Assembly (NCBI GenBank): GCA_029775855.1
Contig: JARVJZ010000006.1
Span: 12,353-76,352 of the forward strand
Length of the DNA stretch: 64,000 nt
DNA from: Nitrososphaeria archaeon
GTDB lineage: Archaea; Thermoproteota; Nitrososphaeria; Nitrososphaerales; JAAOZN01
Direction: 5' to 3'
Part shown: in pieces, positions 18,454-27,804 of the stretch
Layout of the letters: each line of letters opens with the position of its first letter
How positions within the stretch are numbered: position 1 is the stretch's first letter
Made by a program: the position numbers and the translations under genes
The notes under the pieces: generated by a model
The model's database searches: none
What the model was told of the DNA's origin: nothing
The model's input: only the letters and a program-made list of their open reading frames with translations

Positions 18454-18480
18454 TATGCCCTCTTAAAGGTTATTAAATAT
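18454..18480. repeat. 27-nt direct repeat, copy B (TATGCCCTCTTAAAGGTTATTAAATAT), ending 15 nt upstream of the pyrI GTG
   Basis: 23/27 identical to copy A. AAAGG + TTATTAAATAT looks like BRE + TATA for pyrI. Confidence 0.8.
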
Positions 18481-18495
18481 GGTGCTCTAAAATAT

Positions 18496-18966
18496 GTGGT
18501 CGCGTTGTCCGAAGAGCAGCTTATTGTGCGTAGAATAAAAGATGGGACGGTAATAGATCACTGTGAGCCTGGCAGCGCTCTAAAGGTTTTAGCAGCACTA
18601 GGCATCAAAGAAGGCTTCACCAACCTTGTCACTATTGCGATGAATGTGCCAAGTAAGAAGCTCGGCAAGAAAGATATAATTAAGATAGCTGACCGCTTCC
18701 TCACACAAAGCGAGGCTAACAGAATAGCGCTAATATCCCCCCGTGCAACACTCAACTTGATAAAAGATTATAGGGTTATAAGTAAGAGTAAAGTAGAGCT
18801 ACCAGAAGCCTTCGTCAACATCTTCAGATGCCCAAATCCAACTTGCATATCCAACTCAAAAGAACCTATAACACCAGAGATCTTAGTAGCAAGAAATGAG
18901 CCACCACGGCTCACATGCAAGTATTGCTCAAGATTCTTCGACGTAAACGAACTCATCTTAACCTAA
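18496..18966 (+). CDS. pyrI: Aspartate carbamoyltransferase regulatory subunit
   Basis: IKDGTVIDH allosteric-domain motif and zinc-domain cysteines CPNPTCI...CKYC. GTG start. Confidence 0.9.
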   Translation: MVALSEEQLIVRRIKDGTVIDHCEPGSALKVLAALGIKEGFTNLVTIAMNVPSKKLGKKDIIKIADRFLTQSEANRIALISPRATLNLIKDYRVISKSKVELPEAFVNIFRCPNPTCISNSKEPITPEILVARNEPPRLTCKYCSRFFDVNELILT

Positions 18967-18980
18967 CGGAGGCATTGACT

Positions 18981-19220
18981 TTGGATGAAGCCAAAAAGCT
19001 GAAGCGTAGAGTGCTCATAACGCTGATAACACTACCCATACTCATAGCTGCGCTAGTCTTAACAGGTGTATTCATAGGATTTTATGTCGCCAACATATAC
19101 AAGTCAACATCCATACTCTTCCCTCTACTCTTCTCAGGAATAGGATTCGCAGCATCCCTCATACTATCATATCTAATAGCAAAAAGAGTCTCCTCTACGC
19201 CCCTTAAAGAAGAAAAATAA
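18981..19220 (+). CDS. Small two-TM membrane protein (hypothetical)
   Basis: Two hydrophobic helices (ITLITLPILIAALVLTGVFIGFYV; ILFPLLFSGIGFAASLILSYLI). The TTG at 18981, 8 nt after GGAGG, is preferred over the ORF-track start at 18915, which overlaps pyrI. Confidence 0.35.
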   Translation: MDEAKKLKRRVLITLITLPILIAALVLTGVFIGFYVANIYKSTSILFPLLFSGIGFAASLILSYLIAKRVSSTPLKEEK

Positions 19221-19255
19221 AAGTAGGAGCAGAGCAGGGTAAACCCAGCGTTAAG

Positions 19256-19579
19256 TTATGCAGCTTGACCTAGAATAAGTATAGCTATCACTATACCATA
19301 TATAGCTATCGCTTCGCCTAACGCAGTGATGATAATTGCAGTAGTTCTTATCTCCGGTCTCTCCGCGCTTCCAGCAAGACCAGCTGCACCAGCTTTACTC
19401 ACAGCCCACCCTGCTCCGATTGCTGCCGCTGCGAATGCTATTGCTGCTGAGAGGAATTTGAATATCAGTGGTTCAGATGCTGTTGGCTGTGCTTCTGCGG
19501 CTACTGCGAATGGTGTAAATGTAAGGCACAGAAGAAGCAACGAAGTATATAACCCTAACGAGAGTATATTGGGTTTCAA
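19256..19579 (-). CDS. atpK: A-type ATP synthase subunit K (proteolipid c)
   Basis: Gly/Ala-rich hairpin GAGWAVSKAGAAGLAGSAERPE...ALGEAIAIYGIVIAILI, with the conserved ion-binding Glu in helix 2. Confidence 0.9.
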   Translation of the reverse strand: MKPNILSLGLYTSLLLLCLTFTPFAVAAEAQPTASEPLIFKFLSAAIAFAAAAIGAGWAVSKAGAAGLAGSAERPEIRTTAIIITALGEAIAIYGIVIAILILGQAA

Positions 19580-19634
19580 GCTGTGTGGTGTGGTGATAAA
19601 GTTAGTATATAACTTTTTTGCCCAAGATAGAGTT

Positions 19635-19778
19635 TTAGCCCACTATTCTTCTGATTTCTTCAAGCGCCTTCTTTTTTACTGTTTCAACCTTCTCTTTAAG
19701 CTCGTTTTGAAGCTCTTGCTCTCTCTGTCTTACTTTATTTTGCGCCTGCTCAAATCTTTTTTTAACTATTTCACTCAT
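19635..19778 (-). CDS. Unannotated 47-aa coiled-coil ORF between atpD and atpK (candidate small ATPase subunit)
   Basis: Hand translation: MSEIVKKRFEQAQNKVRQREQELQNELKEKVETVKKKALEEIRRIVG*. The ATG lies 1 nt after the atpD stop and GGTG is 6 nt upstream. Below the 60-aa cutoff of the ORF track. Confidence 0.45.
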   Translation of the reverse strand: MSEIVKKRFEQAQNKVRQREQELQNELKEKVETVKKKALEEIRRIVG

Positions 19779-19779
19779 C

Positions 19780-20430
19780 TTAAACACCTGACCTAGATTT
19801 CCTCAACTCAAGCACCTTTTTAATCTTTTTAAGCCTGACAAAATCTTCTCTCTCACGTTCATCCAAAGTTGAGGTGATGCTCCGCACAGCCTCCTCATAC
19901 TGTGGGATTATGATAAATTCAAGCGCATTCAAGAGCCTTTGAGTCCTCTCAAGCTCACTAGCCAACCTAAAAATAGAGTTTTCAATCTCAGCAGCCTTCA
20001 GGATAGCGGGCAGCACTCGACGCATAGCAAAAAAAGCCTCATCTAGAGCTGAGTTGGTATCTGCAAAACCATAGCCAAGATTAAGAGACTTCTCATTGAA
20101 CTGCAGCGCTGGCACAGTAACGTCGATTATCCTCTTTAAAGTCAGCGAGACCTCAGTGCTTTTAGGTATTGTCGCAGCAACCGATTCAACCGTCAGGGAA
20201 CCTAATTTAAGGTAGGAGTCAAAGAGGGCTCTGTAGGCGTCTAATAGAGGCCCCCAAAGCTCTTCGCGAGCAGCACCAGCTTGCTCTATCAACTCATCTA
20301 GACGTTTAAGGAGGACCTCACGCTTATCCTCTAAGATCTTGTAAACTGACCTCGCTACGCTTAGGCTTCTTTTTATACGTATTAGCTCAATCTTTGTAGG
20401 TAAGAACTTTCTGCCGAAGCTTACGGACAA
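19780..20430 (-). CDS. atpD: A-type ATP synthase subunit D (central stalk)
   Basis: LPTKIELIRIKRSLSVARSVYKILEDKREVLL is the canonical AtpD N-terminus. 216 aa. Confidence 0.9.
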   Translation of the reverse strand: MSVSFGRKFLPTKIELIRIKRSLSVARSVYKILEDKREVLLKRLDELIEQAGAAREELWGPLLDAYRALFDSYLKLGSLTVESVAATIPKSTEVSLTLKRIIDVTVPALQFNEKSLNLGYGFADTNSALDEAFFAMRRVLPAILKAAEIENSIFRLASELERTQRLLNALEFIIIPQYEEAVRSITSTLDEREREDFVRLKKIKKVLELRKSRSGV

Positions 20431-20436
20431 ATCTCT

Positions 20437-21831
20437 CTATGCTCCGCGTTCACTCCCCTTATAATACATCCTAACGTATTCAGACCTTATCTTCGTCAGT
20501 TCTCCTTCGGGAAGTGTTGAGAGCACTTCCCAAGCTAGCTTGAGTGTGTCATCGATAGTTCGGTTTTCATCGTATCCTTGTGAGAGGAACTTCTGCTCGA
20601 AGACATCTCCGTAGTGGAGGTACTTGAGGTCTATGCTTGTCAGACTCCCTCTACCCACAATTTCAACAAGTGCACGCAATTCTTGAACTCTTGCATAAGC
20701 GTCGTAAAGCTGGTTGCTCACTTCCATATGGTCGTCTCTAGTCTTTCCTTTACCTACACCGTCCTTCATAAGTCTGCTTAAACTCATCAGCACACCTACA
20801 GGCGGGTAAATCCCCTTTCTGAATAGGTCGCGTGAAAGCACTATCTGCCCCTCAGTGATATATCCTGTAAGATCGGCGATAGGATGAGTTATGTCATCAC
20901 TTGGCATACTTAAGATCGGCATCTGAGTTATACTACCCTTCTTGCCCTTTATCCTACCAGCACGCTCATAGTTAGTCGCGAGATCTGTGTATAGGTAACC
21001 TGGATAACCCTTACGCCCAGGAACCTCCTCTCTAGCTGCGCTGATTTCTCTAAGAGCCTCAGCGTAGTTGGTCATATCAGTCAATATGACCAACACATGC
21101 ATCCCTAAGTCGAATGCAAAGTATTCAGCTGTAGTTAAAGCAACACGCGGTGTTATTATTCGCTCTATAGCTGGGTCATCAGCTAAATTAAGGAAGAGGC
21201 AGCTTCTCTTTATAGCCCTACTCTCCTCCAGCGATCTCCGGAAGAAACTAGCTTCGTGATGCTGCACACCTATGGCAGCGAAAACAACCGCAAAGTCTTC
21301 ACCATAAACCGTAGCTTGCCTAGCGATCTGCGCCGCCAACATGCTATGTGGCATACCAGCGCCTGAAAAGATGGGTAGCTTCTGCCCCCTTGTGAGCGAG
21401 AGCATACCGTCTATCACAGAGATCCCAGTCTGTATGAAGTCTGTTGGATATTCACGCTGCTCAGGGTTTATAGGCGAGCCGTTAACATCTCTGAAGTCTT
21501 CGCCAACTGGGTCAGGAAGACCATCTATGGGTCTGCCTAAGCCGTCGAAGACTCTACCTAATAGTTCGCTTGATACTGGTATCTCCATCGTCTTGCCTAG
21601 AAAGCGGGCTTTGGTTCCTACAACAGATAGCCCTCTGGTTCCCTCAAAGACTTGAATAACTGCTCTTCCACCACCTACCTCAAGCACTTTACCCAGCCGC
21701 TTTTCACCAGATGGTGTCTCGATCTCCACCAGCTCATCATATGCAGCCCTTGTTACACCTTGCATAATAAGTAGGGGTCCTTTGATTTCTTCTACCTTAG
21801 TATATTCTACGCCGCCTACACCTTTAGACAA
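20437..21831 (-). CDS. atpB: A-type ATP synthase subunit B
   Basis: 464 aa, highly conserved (e.g. [46 protein letters not shown]). Confidence 0.97.
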   Translation of the reverse strand: MSKGVGGVEYTKVEEIKGPLLIMQGVTRAAYDELVEIETPSGEKRLGKVLEVGGGRAVIQVFEGTRGLSVVGTKARFLGKTMEIPVSSELLGRVFDGLGRPIDGLPDPVGEDFRDVNGSPINPEQREYPTDFIQTGISVIDGMLSLTRGQKLPIFSGAGMPHSMLAAQIARQATVYGEDFAVVFAAIGVQHHEASFFRRSLEESRAIKRSCLFLNLADDPAIERIITPRVALTTAEYFAFDLGMHVLVILTDMTNYAEALREISAAREEVPGRKGYPGYLYTDLATNYERAGRIKGKKGSITQMPILSMPSDDITHPIADLTGYITEGQIVLSRDLFRKGIYPPVGVLMSLSRLMKDGVGKGKTRDDHMEVSNQLYDAYARVQELRALVEIVGRGSLTSIDLKYLHYGDVFEQKFLSQGYDENRTIDDTLKLAWEVLSTLPEGELTKIRSEYVRMYYKGSERGA

Positions 21832-23608
21832 TCGGTTTCACCTCCAAGCCGCTGAGCTTCTGGAACTCATTTAGCATTTCCTCTCTTAATGTGTTAAGCT
21901 TATCAACTTCCTCATTCGGTATTTCGAACTTCGCCCTAAGCAGCTTAGGTATGATGGGCATGGCTCTAATCGTGTCAAGACCTACACCACTCCTAAGAGC
22001 TTTTAACGCCTCTTGGTAGAATTCGACGAAAACCTTCAATAGTAGATACTGCTTCTTTGGGCTGCAATACGAGTCAACTTCGTCATAAGCGCTCTGCTGT
22101 AGATACCCTATCTTGATCATTCTAGCAACTTCGAGAATTAGCTTCTCTTCGTCTGGTAAGGCTTCTGGGCCGAGTAGCCTGACGATCTCCTTTAACGCAT
22201 CTTCTCTCTGAAGTATCTCATATGCTTCTGCTCTGACCTTTGACCAACCCTTATCAACGACACTGGACCACCATTTTGATATTGAATCTATGTAGCCTGA
22301 GTAGCTCGTCATCCAGTTTATAGCTGGGTAGTGCCTTGAGTAAGCTAGCCGAGTGTCGAGCGCCCAGAAGGTTCTTATAAATCGAATGGTATGTGTAGTA
22401 ACTGGCTCCGTAAAGTCTGCACCAGATGGCGATACTGCACCTATAAGTGTCATGCTGCTAATACGCTCAGGTCTTCCAAGCACCTTTACTCTACCGGCCC
22501 TTTCATAAAACTCAGCTAACCTAGAAGCTAGATATGATGGATAGCCTTCTTCAGCAGGCATCTCTTCAAGCCTACCACTAATTTCTCTAAGAGCTTCTGC
22601 CCACCTGCTGGTAGAGTCTGCCACGAGCACAACATCATACCCCATATCACGGTAATACTCAGCCATCGTTGCACCTGTGTAGATGGATGCTTCTCTTGCT
22701 GCTACTGGCATGTTACTTACATTAGCTACAAGAATTGTGCGCTCCATTAGAGGTCTGCCTGATGCAGGGTCTTTTAACTCTGGGAACTTAATAAGAACTT
22801 CCGTCATTTCATTTCCCCTTTCTCCACAACCGACGTGAAAGACTACTTTTGCGTCAGCCCAAGCTGCTACTTGGTGTAGTGTGACGGTTTTGCCTGTGCC
22901 GAAGCCTCCTGGGATGGCTCCTGTGCCTCCTTTTGCTATGGGGAAGAAGGTATCTAAGACTCTCTGCCCTGTTAGCAGAGGTATTTCTGGATCTAGCTTG
23001 ACTTGGTAGGGTCTTGGTCGCCTTACTGGCCAGCGGTGCGCAAGCTTTAAGCCGCTCTTCTTACCATCCTCCTCAACTACCACAACATCTTCCTCTATTG
23101 TATATTCACCTTCAGAAACCACATCAACAACCTTGCCTCCTTTATGGTCTGGAGGAACCAATATACGGTGCTCAATTAATGGTGTTTCTTGCACCGTTCC
23201 CAAGATGCTACCAGCCTCTACTTCATCCCCTTTCTTCACTTTAGGTATGAACCTCCACTTCTTATTAAGTGGGATAGGGGGCGCAGAAACCCCTCTAGTT
23301 ATAAATGGTCCTCTAAGCTTCGCTATTTCGCTTAGCGGCCTCTGTAAACCATCATAGATTGTGCCTATCATGCCTGGCCCTAGAGTTACTGATAGTGGTT
23401 GACCTGTTCGGTATACTGGTTCACCTGGCTTTAACCCGCTTGTTGATTCGTATACTTGTATGAAAGCTATGTCTCCTGTGATTCTGATGACTTCGCCTAT
23501 GATCTTGTCTTCTCCAACCTCTACTGTCTCATACATCTGTGCTTCAGACATGCCTTCTGCTTTAACTGCTGGACCACTTATCCAGACAATCTTACCCTTT
23601 TTTTCCAT
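21824..23608 (-). CDS. atpA: A-type ATP synthase catalytic subunit A
   Basis: 594 aa. Walker [20 protein letters not shown] and [17 protein letters not shown] motifs. No intein. Confidence 0.97.
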   Translation of the reverse strand: MEKKGKIVWISGPAVKAEGMSEAQMYETVEVGEDKIIGEVIRITGDIAFIQVYESTSGLKPGEPVYRTGQPLSVTLGPGMIGTIYDGLQRPLSEIAKLRGPFITRGVSAPPIPLNKKWRFIPKVKKGDEVEAGSILGTVQETPLIEHRILVPPDHKGGKVVDVVSEGEYTIEEDVVVVEEDGKKSGLKLAHRWPVRRPRPYQVKLDPEIPLLTGQRVLDTFFPIAKGGTGAIPGGFGTGKTVTLHQVAAWADAKVVFHVGCGERGNEMTEVLIKFPELKDPASGRPLMERTILVANVSNMPVAAREASIYTGATMAEYYRDMGYDVVLVADSTSRWAEALREISGRLEEMPAEEGYPSYLASRLAEFYERAGRVKVLGRPERISSMTLIGAVSPSGADFTEPVTTHTIRFIRTFWALDTRLAYSRHYPAINWMTSYSGYIDSISKWWSSVVDKGWSKVRAEAYEILQREDALKEIVRLLGPEALPDEEKLILEVARMIKIGYLQQSAYDEVDSYCSPKKQYLLLKVFVEFYQEALKALRSGVGLDTIRAMPIIPKLLRAKFEIPNEEVDKLNTLREEMLNEFQKLSGLEVKPIV

Positions 23609-23613
23609 ATCTT

Positions 23614-24222
23614 CTACTCTCCTGAGGTTAGGGTTTTAACAACCTCTTTTCTTAGCAACTGCCTTATCCTTGCAAGTCTGGCTTCATAAGTATTATCATA
23701 TATTGTGGTGCTGTCTTCTGAGACTGCTTGCACCCCACCCTTACTTGTTATGTGGTTTTTGCTTACTGTTATTGAGCGGTTTGTATTTTTGCTTAGTTCG
23801 GATGCTAGCTTCTTAACCAATTCATAATCCTCTTTTCTGCATAAAATCGTTATATTTCCCTCTATTGCTTCTAGTGCTTCGTTGATAAGCTGTCTTAGAG
23901 CCTTTTCGGTCTTTTCTCTACTTAGTTTAGAGAGTCTGTTCAGCGCTTCTTCGAATACCTTATTTACTGAATCCTCTATTAGTTGGAGTTGCTGGTTTCT
24001 TGCAGCGAGTTCGGCTGAGCCTAAGATCTTTCTTCTCAATATGTCTTCTTGCCTAGCAGTGGCGTCGAAGATCTTTGAAACTTCGCTTGCAGCTTGTCTT
24101 TCATATTCTAGTAGGGTTTCTTCGGCTTGTGCAGCTGCTTTGTTGAGTTCAGATGTAAATTCTTGAAGAGCCTCATTAACGACTTTATCAACTATACTTT
24201 CAGCTGCGTTCATTTGCCTCAT
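23614..24222 (-). CDS. atpE: A-type ATP synthase subunit E (peripheral stalk)
   Basis: Coiled-coil N-terminal half plus globular C-terminus; sits between atpF and atpA. The ATG at 24222, 4 nt after the atpF stop, is preferred over 24267. Confidence 0.8.
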   Translation of the reverse strand: MRQMNAAESIVDKVVNEALQEFTSELNKAAAQAEETLLEYERQAASEVSKIFDATARQEDILRRKILGSAELAARNQQLQLIEDSVNKVFEEALNRLSKLSREKTEKALRQLINEALEAIEGNITILCRKEDYELVKKLASELSKNTNRSITVSKNHITSKGGVQAVSEDSTTIYDNTYEARLARIRQLLRKEVVKTLTSGE

Positions 24223-24226
24223 CAAC

Positions 24227-24523
24227 CTATACTCCAAGTATCTGCTTAAGCATATCTCTGTATTCAAACTTCTCTTTTTTGCTGCCTGGTGCTGGGACTT
24301 CGTATATTAGTGGTGTAGAGTACTTTGAGCGGATTTCGTTCAGCTTGCTTCTTATGCTTTTGGATATGTCGTCGCTAAGTAAGATTAGTCCTACTTCTTT
24401 ATCTTTAATGAGTTTGCTAAGAGTTTCTAGTGCTTCTGCACTGCTATCAACCTTTAATCCTTCTATGCCAGCTAAGCGTAGCCCTGTTACAAACACTTTC
24501 GAACCTAAGGCTACTATCTTCAA
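24227..24523 (-). CDS. atpF: A-type ATP synthase subunit F
   Basis: 98 aa. KIVALGSKVFVTGLRLAGI... is typical of AtpF. TTG start. Confidence 0.85.
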   Translation of the reverse strand: MKIVALGSKVFVTGLRLAGIEGLKVDSSAEALETLSKLIKDKEVGLILLSDDISKSIRSKLNEIRSKYSTPLIYEVPAPGSKKEKFEYRDMLKQILGV

Positions 24524-24707
24524 TTTACCTTATAGGGCTGCTTATAATATTCTTAAAGTTTTCTAAACATCTTAAATATGTGAATGGTTTTATGGGATTT
24601 ATAGTTTTTATGGTTATTTATTGGTCGATTGATTTTGTTTTAAATATTTTTTTGTAAAGCGAAGCGTATAAAAAGATGCTGTAGGAGAGATTTAGTAAGG
24701 TGTCGGG

Positions 24708-25667
24708 ATGTCACTTGTAAAGTTAAGGTTATCAATGCTCGCAACGCTAGCTGTGCTAATCGGTATCTCAACGTTATTCTTCACAATCATACTAAGTTTA
24801 CTTGGAATCTTAGATATTATACCACTCTTAATGCTGATTATAGGGTTTAACATTCTGCAATGGCTTATCGCACCCTACATGATTGAAGCGCTTTACCGTG
24901 CTAAGGAAGCTGATGAACGCTCATACAGCAGACTGTATACGATGCTTAGGCGTATATCTGAGAAGAGTAAGATGGCTATGCCTAAACTTATGATAGCTGA
25001 TATACCTATACCCAATGCTTTTGCTTACGGTTCACCTCTTTCAGGTAGGCGTGTTGCTGTGACTAGGGAGCTGCTTAGGGTGCTTGATGATGAGGAGGTT
25101 GAGGCTGTGCTTGCTCATGAGGTTGGGCATTTGAAGCATAGGGATGTCCAGCTTATGATGTTTGCATCTGTTCTACCCGCGATCTTCTACTACATTGGCT
25201 ATTCTCTTATGCTTTCATCCATGTGGAATACTCGAGATAGAAACGCTGGAGGCGCAGTAGCGGTAGGTATTATAGCTTTAGCAATTTACTGGCTACTCAC
25301 GCTCTTAGTTATGGGGCTAAGTAGGCTTAGAGAGTATTACGCTGATCAGCACGCTGTCAAAACGGTTGACGACGGTGCTAGAAAGCTCGCTGAAGGGCTT
25401 GCAAAGATAACACTCTACACAGGAAGATATAAGATTCGGAAAGGGAATGTGGGCAATGTTAGCGCGTTTAAAGCGCTCTTCATAAGCGACCCAGATAGAG
25501 CAGACCAAGATGAACTTCTACTCTTCAAAGGAGGATTTGCTAAGAGCGATACTCAACTCGTGCAAGAGGTGCTTTCGAGGAAGATTACAGCAGCCGATAG
25601 GTTGATAGAACTCTTCTCAACGCATCCAAATATTGTAAAGCGTATCCGTGCGCTCGTTGCTGCTTAG
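24708..25667 (+). CDS. htpX: HtpX-like M48 zinc metalloprotease
   Basis: HEVGHLKHRD (HExxH) between TM helices, NAFAYG motif, C-terminal FSTHPNIVKRI. Confidence 0.9.
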   Translation: MSLVKLRLSMLATLAVLIGISTLFFTIILSLLGILDIIPLLMLIIGFNILQWLIAPYMIEALYRAKEADERSYSRLYTMLRRISEKSKMAMPKLMIADIPIPNAFAYGSPLSGRRVAVTRELLRVLDDEEVEAVLAHEVGHLKHRDVQLMMFASVLPAIFYYIGYSLMLSSMWNTRDRNAGGAVAVGIIALAIYWLLTLLVMGLSRLREYYADQHAVKTVDDGARKLAEGLAKITLYTGRYKIRKGNVGNVSAFKALFISDPDRADQDELLLFKGGFAKSDTQLVQEVLSRKITAADRLIELFSTHPNIVKRIRALVAA

Positions 25668-26113
25668 CTCATGCTCACTTCAAGAACCTTTGATATCAGC
25701 TCTGGTATGGTTACGTCGCCTAATATCTTAAGGTTTTTATCCACTACTGGGATATCTGTCAAGTCGTAGCTCAGCATAAGCCTAAGGCACTTCACTATAT
25801 CGTCCTCTGGGGATATAGTAGCTTTTTCACTGTGAGGGTAGATTAAGTGCTTGGCTACTGTCTCTTTTGAGAACTTGAATATGTATTCTTCTAATCCGCT
25901 TACATCTCCAAGTTTAATTTTAGCCCACTGTAGTATGCTTTCACGTTTTATGAATCCCAAGTATCTGCCGCTTTTATCGATTACAAAGAGTCCTCTTATA
26001 TATGGTTCTTCTACGAATTTTTTGACGATATTGGTGAAGTTTTCTTCTTCTTCTACTATTAGGGCTATCGTCTTCTCGGGGTTATAGACTTCTTTTATCA
26101 GAATCTTCTTCAT
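25664..26113 (-). CDS. CBS-domain pair protein
   Basis: 149 aa with two CBS-like repeats (GLFVIDKSGRYLGFI...; IPVVDKNLKILGDVT). Confidence 0.75.
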   Translation of the reverse strand: MKKILIKEVYNPEKTIALIVEEEENFTNIVKKFVEEPYIRGLFVIDKSGRYLGFIKRESILQWAKIKLGDVSGLEEYIFKFSKETVAKHLIYPHSEKATISPEDDIVKCLRLMLSYDLTDIPVVDKNLKILGDVTIPELISKVLEVSMS

Positions 26114-26206
26114 ATGCTATTTTTCTGTTGATGATGGAGATAAATTTAGTGGTGCTGAGTGTTTGGTAAGAAAGCATATCTATAGCGAAAGTTAGGATAT
26201 AGTTCG

Positions 26207-26674
26207 ATGGCAGGGGAACTTAAGATAAGAGTCAAGGTTGGCGAATTTGAAGTTGAGCTGCAAGGTGAAGTTGAAACTATAGCCAAGGCGATGGATACGA
26301 TACGAGAAATATTCACATGGATGCCTCAGCCAACCACAACAGTAAGCCAAATTAAACCCATTGAACCTTTAGCTACACCTACTACATCAGAGATAACACA
26401 AGTGAATCTACCACATATAAAGATAGAAAAAGGTGACTCACTAGCAGATATAATCGTGAAGATGTTCTTAGATCCTTGGGGTAGGTCGCCTAGGAGGCTT
26501 AGTGAAGTCAGAGAAGCACTTGCGTCATATGGTCTTGTGCACCCAAAGCAGTCGGTTGCTGTAGCACTTCTACGCTTATCTCAAGTAGGTAAGCTTAGAA
26601 GGTTCAAGGAAGGTGGTGAATATGTTTACACTGCTTCCTTACCTTTAGTGTCTGAGTCAAGCAGCCAAGGTTGA
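26207..26674 (+). CDS. Hypothetical protein
   Basis: 155-aa ORF with coding-like composition. The C-terminal part (VAVALLRLSQVGKLRRFKEGGEYVYT) could be a winged helix. No family recognised. Confidence 0.3.
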   Translation: MAGELKIRVKVGEFEVELQGEVETIAKAMDTIREIFTWMPQPTTTVSQIKPIEPLATPTTSEITQVNLPHIKIEKGDSLADIIVKMFLDPWGRSPRRLSEVREALASYGLVHPKQSVAVALLRLSQVGKLRRFKEGGEYVYTASLPLVSESSSQG

Positions 26675-26680
26675 GCAAGG

Positions 26681-27214
26681 TTAGAGGCTGATCTTCTCGT
26701 CAATCTTTTGTTTTATGATTTCTAAGATCTGGCTGTGTCTTTTTTCGTCTTCGATTATCCATTCTAAAATGGACTTATATCCATTCAGGTCAACTCCTTC
26801 ATCTTCTGCTAATAGCTGAATCACTTTGGTGTATAAAATTGTTAAGAATTCTTCTCCGACATACTTTTCACAGCTCTCTAAGTCTTTTATTATGGAGCTG
26901 AGTTCAATTAAAGTTATTTCTTTCTTTGACGTATATGTTTTTGTGTCTTCTACTATGTTCTTCCACAACTTCCCCCAGAGTTTTGTGCACTCTTCCACAT
27001 CATATTCACGCTCTGTGATTTGTGCAGATAACGCTTTGAACGCTACAGCATGTTTAAATGAGTCTTTTGCTATATACTCTAAGAGGTAAGAAATCTCTGT
27101 ATCAAGCACTTTACTTGAGATGATTTGGTAGGCGTTAGCCACCTCTTCCTCGAGAATCGTGGAGCAGCAGAAATATTTTGCTAAATCCTCTTTTTCACTG
27201 TGGTATCTACCCAA
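26681..27214 (-). CDS. Ferritin-like / rubrerythrin-like four-helix-bundle protein (tentative)
   Basis: Helical protein with ExxH-type pairs (KDSFKH, EDEKRH). Adjacent to the peroxiredoxin gene. Confidence 0.4.
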   Translation of the reverse strand: MGRYHSEKEDLAKYFCCSTILEEEVANAYQIISSKVLDTEISYLLEYIAKDSFKHAVAFKALSAQITEREYDVEECTKLWGKLWKNIVEDTKTYTSKKEITLIELSSIIKDLESCEKYVGEEFLTILYTKVIQLLAEDEGVDLNGYKSILEWIIEDEKRHSQILEIIKQKIDEKISL

Positions 27215-27265
27215 TCTTGTATTAGAAAAGGTGATAAAAAGAGTTTCGCTATCAATACGTTTAGT

Positions 27266-27712
27266 TTAGAGTTTAGAGAGGATTTCGAGCACTTCCTTTG
27301 GATGCTGCTCAACATTAACCTTCTTAAAGATGTGGCGTATGCGCCCTTCTTTATCGATTATGAAGGTGACCCTTCTAGCCCATCTTCCACCTACACCTAG
27401 AACACCATACGATCTGCTTACCTGTTTATCTTTATCACTTAACAGTTGGAAGGGTAGGTTATATTTTTCTGCAAACTTCTTATGTGAATACACATCATCT
27501 AAGCTTACACCAAGCACGACAGCACCCTTAGATCTGATCTCTGGGAAAGCATCTCTGAAGCCGCAGGCTTCTTTTGTGCAACCTGGAGTGTCATCTTTTG
27601 GGTAAAAGTAAAGTATGATTGGGGAGCCTTTAAGGCTCTTTAGGTTTACTTCTTTTCCATCTTGGTCTGTTAGTTTGAAGTCTGGGGCTTCATCGCCCAC
27701 TTTAAGAGCCAA
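27266..27712 (-). CDS. bcp: Peroxiredoxin Bcp (thiol peroxidase)
   Basis: FYPKDDTPGCTKEAC active-site motif. 148 aa. Confidence 0.9.
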   Translation of the reverse strand: MALKVGDEAPDFKLTDQDGKEVNLKSLKGSPIILYFYPKDDTPGCTKEACGFRDAFPEIRSKGAVVLGVSLDDVYSHKKFAEKYNLPFQLLSDKDKQVSRSYGVLGVGGRWARRVTFIIDKEGRIRHIFKKVNVEQHPKEVLEILSKL

Positions 27713-27804
27713 TTTTACATCTGAGTTATTTTAGCGCATTTCCCACTAATAAAGATGTTAGGTTTGCATAGGGTAAATATAGTTGATTTAAAGTTAGGTT
27801 TGGT

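Noticed and set aside
19326-19796. 156-aa + strand ORF covering atpK and the atpD-atpK spacer
   Set aside because: It is the antisense shadow of the Ala/Gly-rich proteolipid gene and of the 47-aa coiled-coil ORF. It has low-complexity Ala/Leu content, no start context and no recognisable family.
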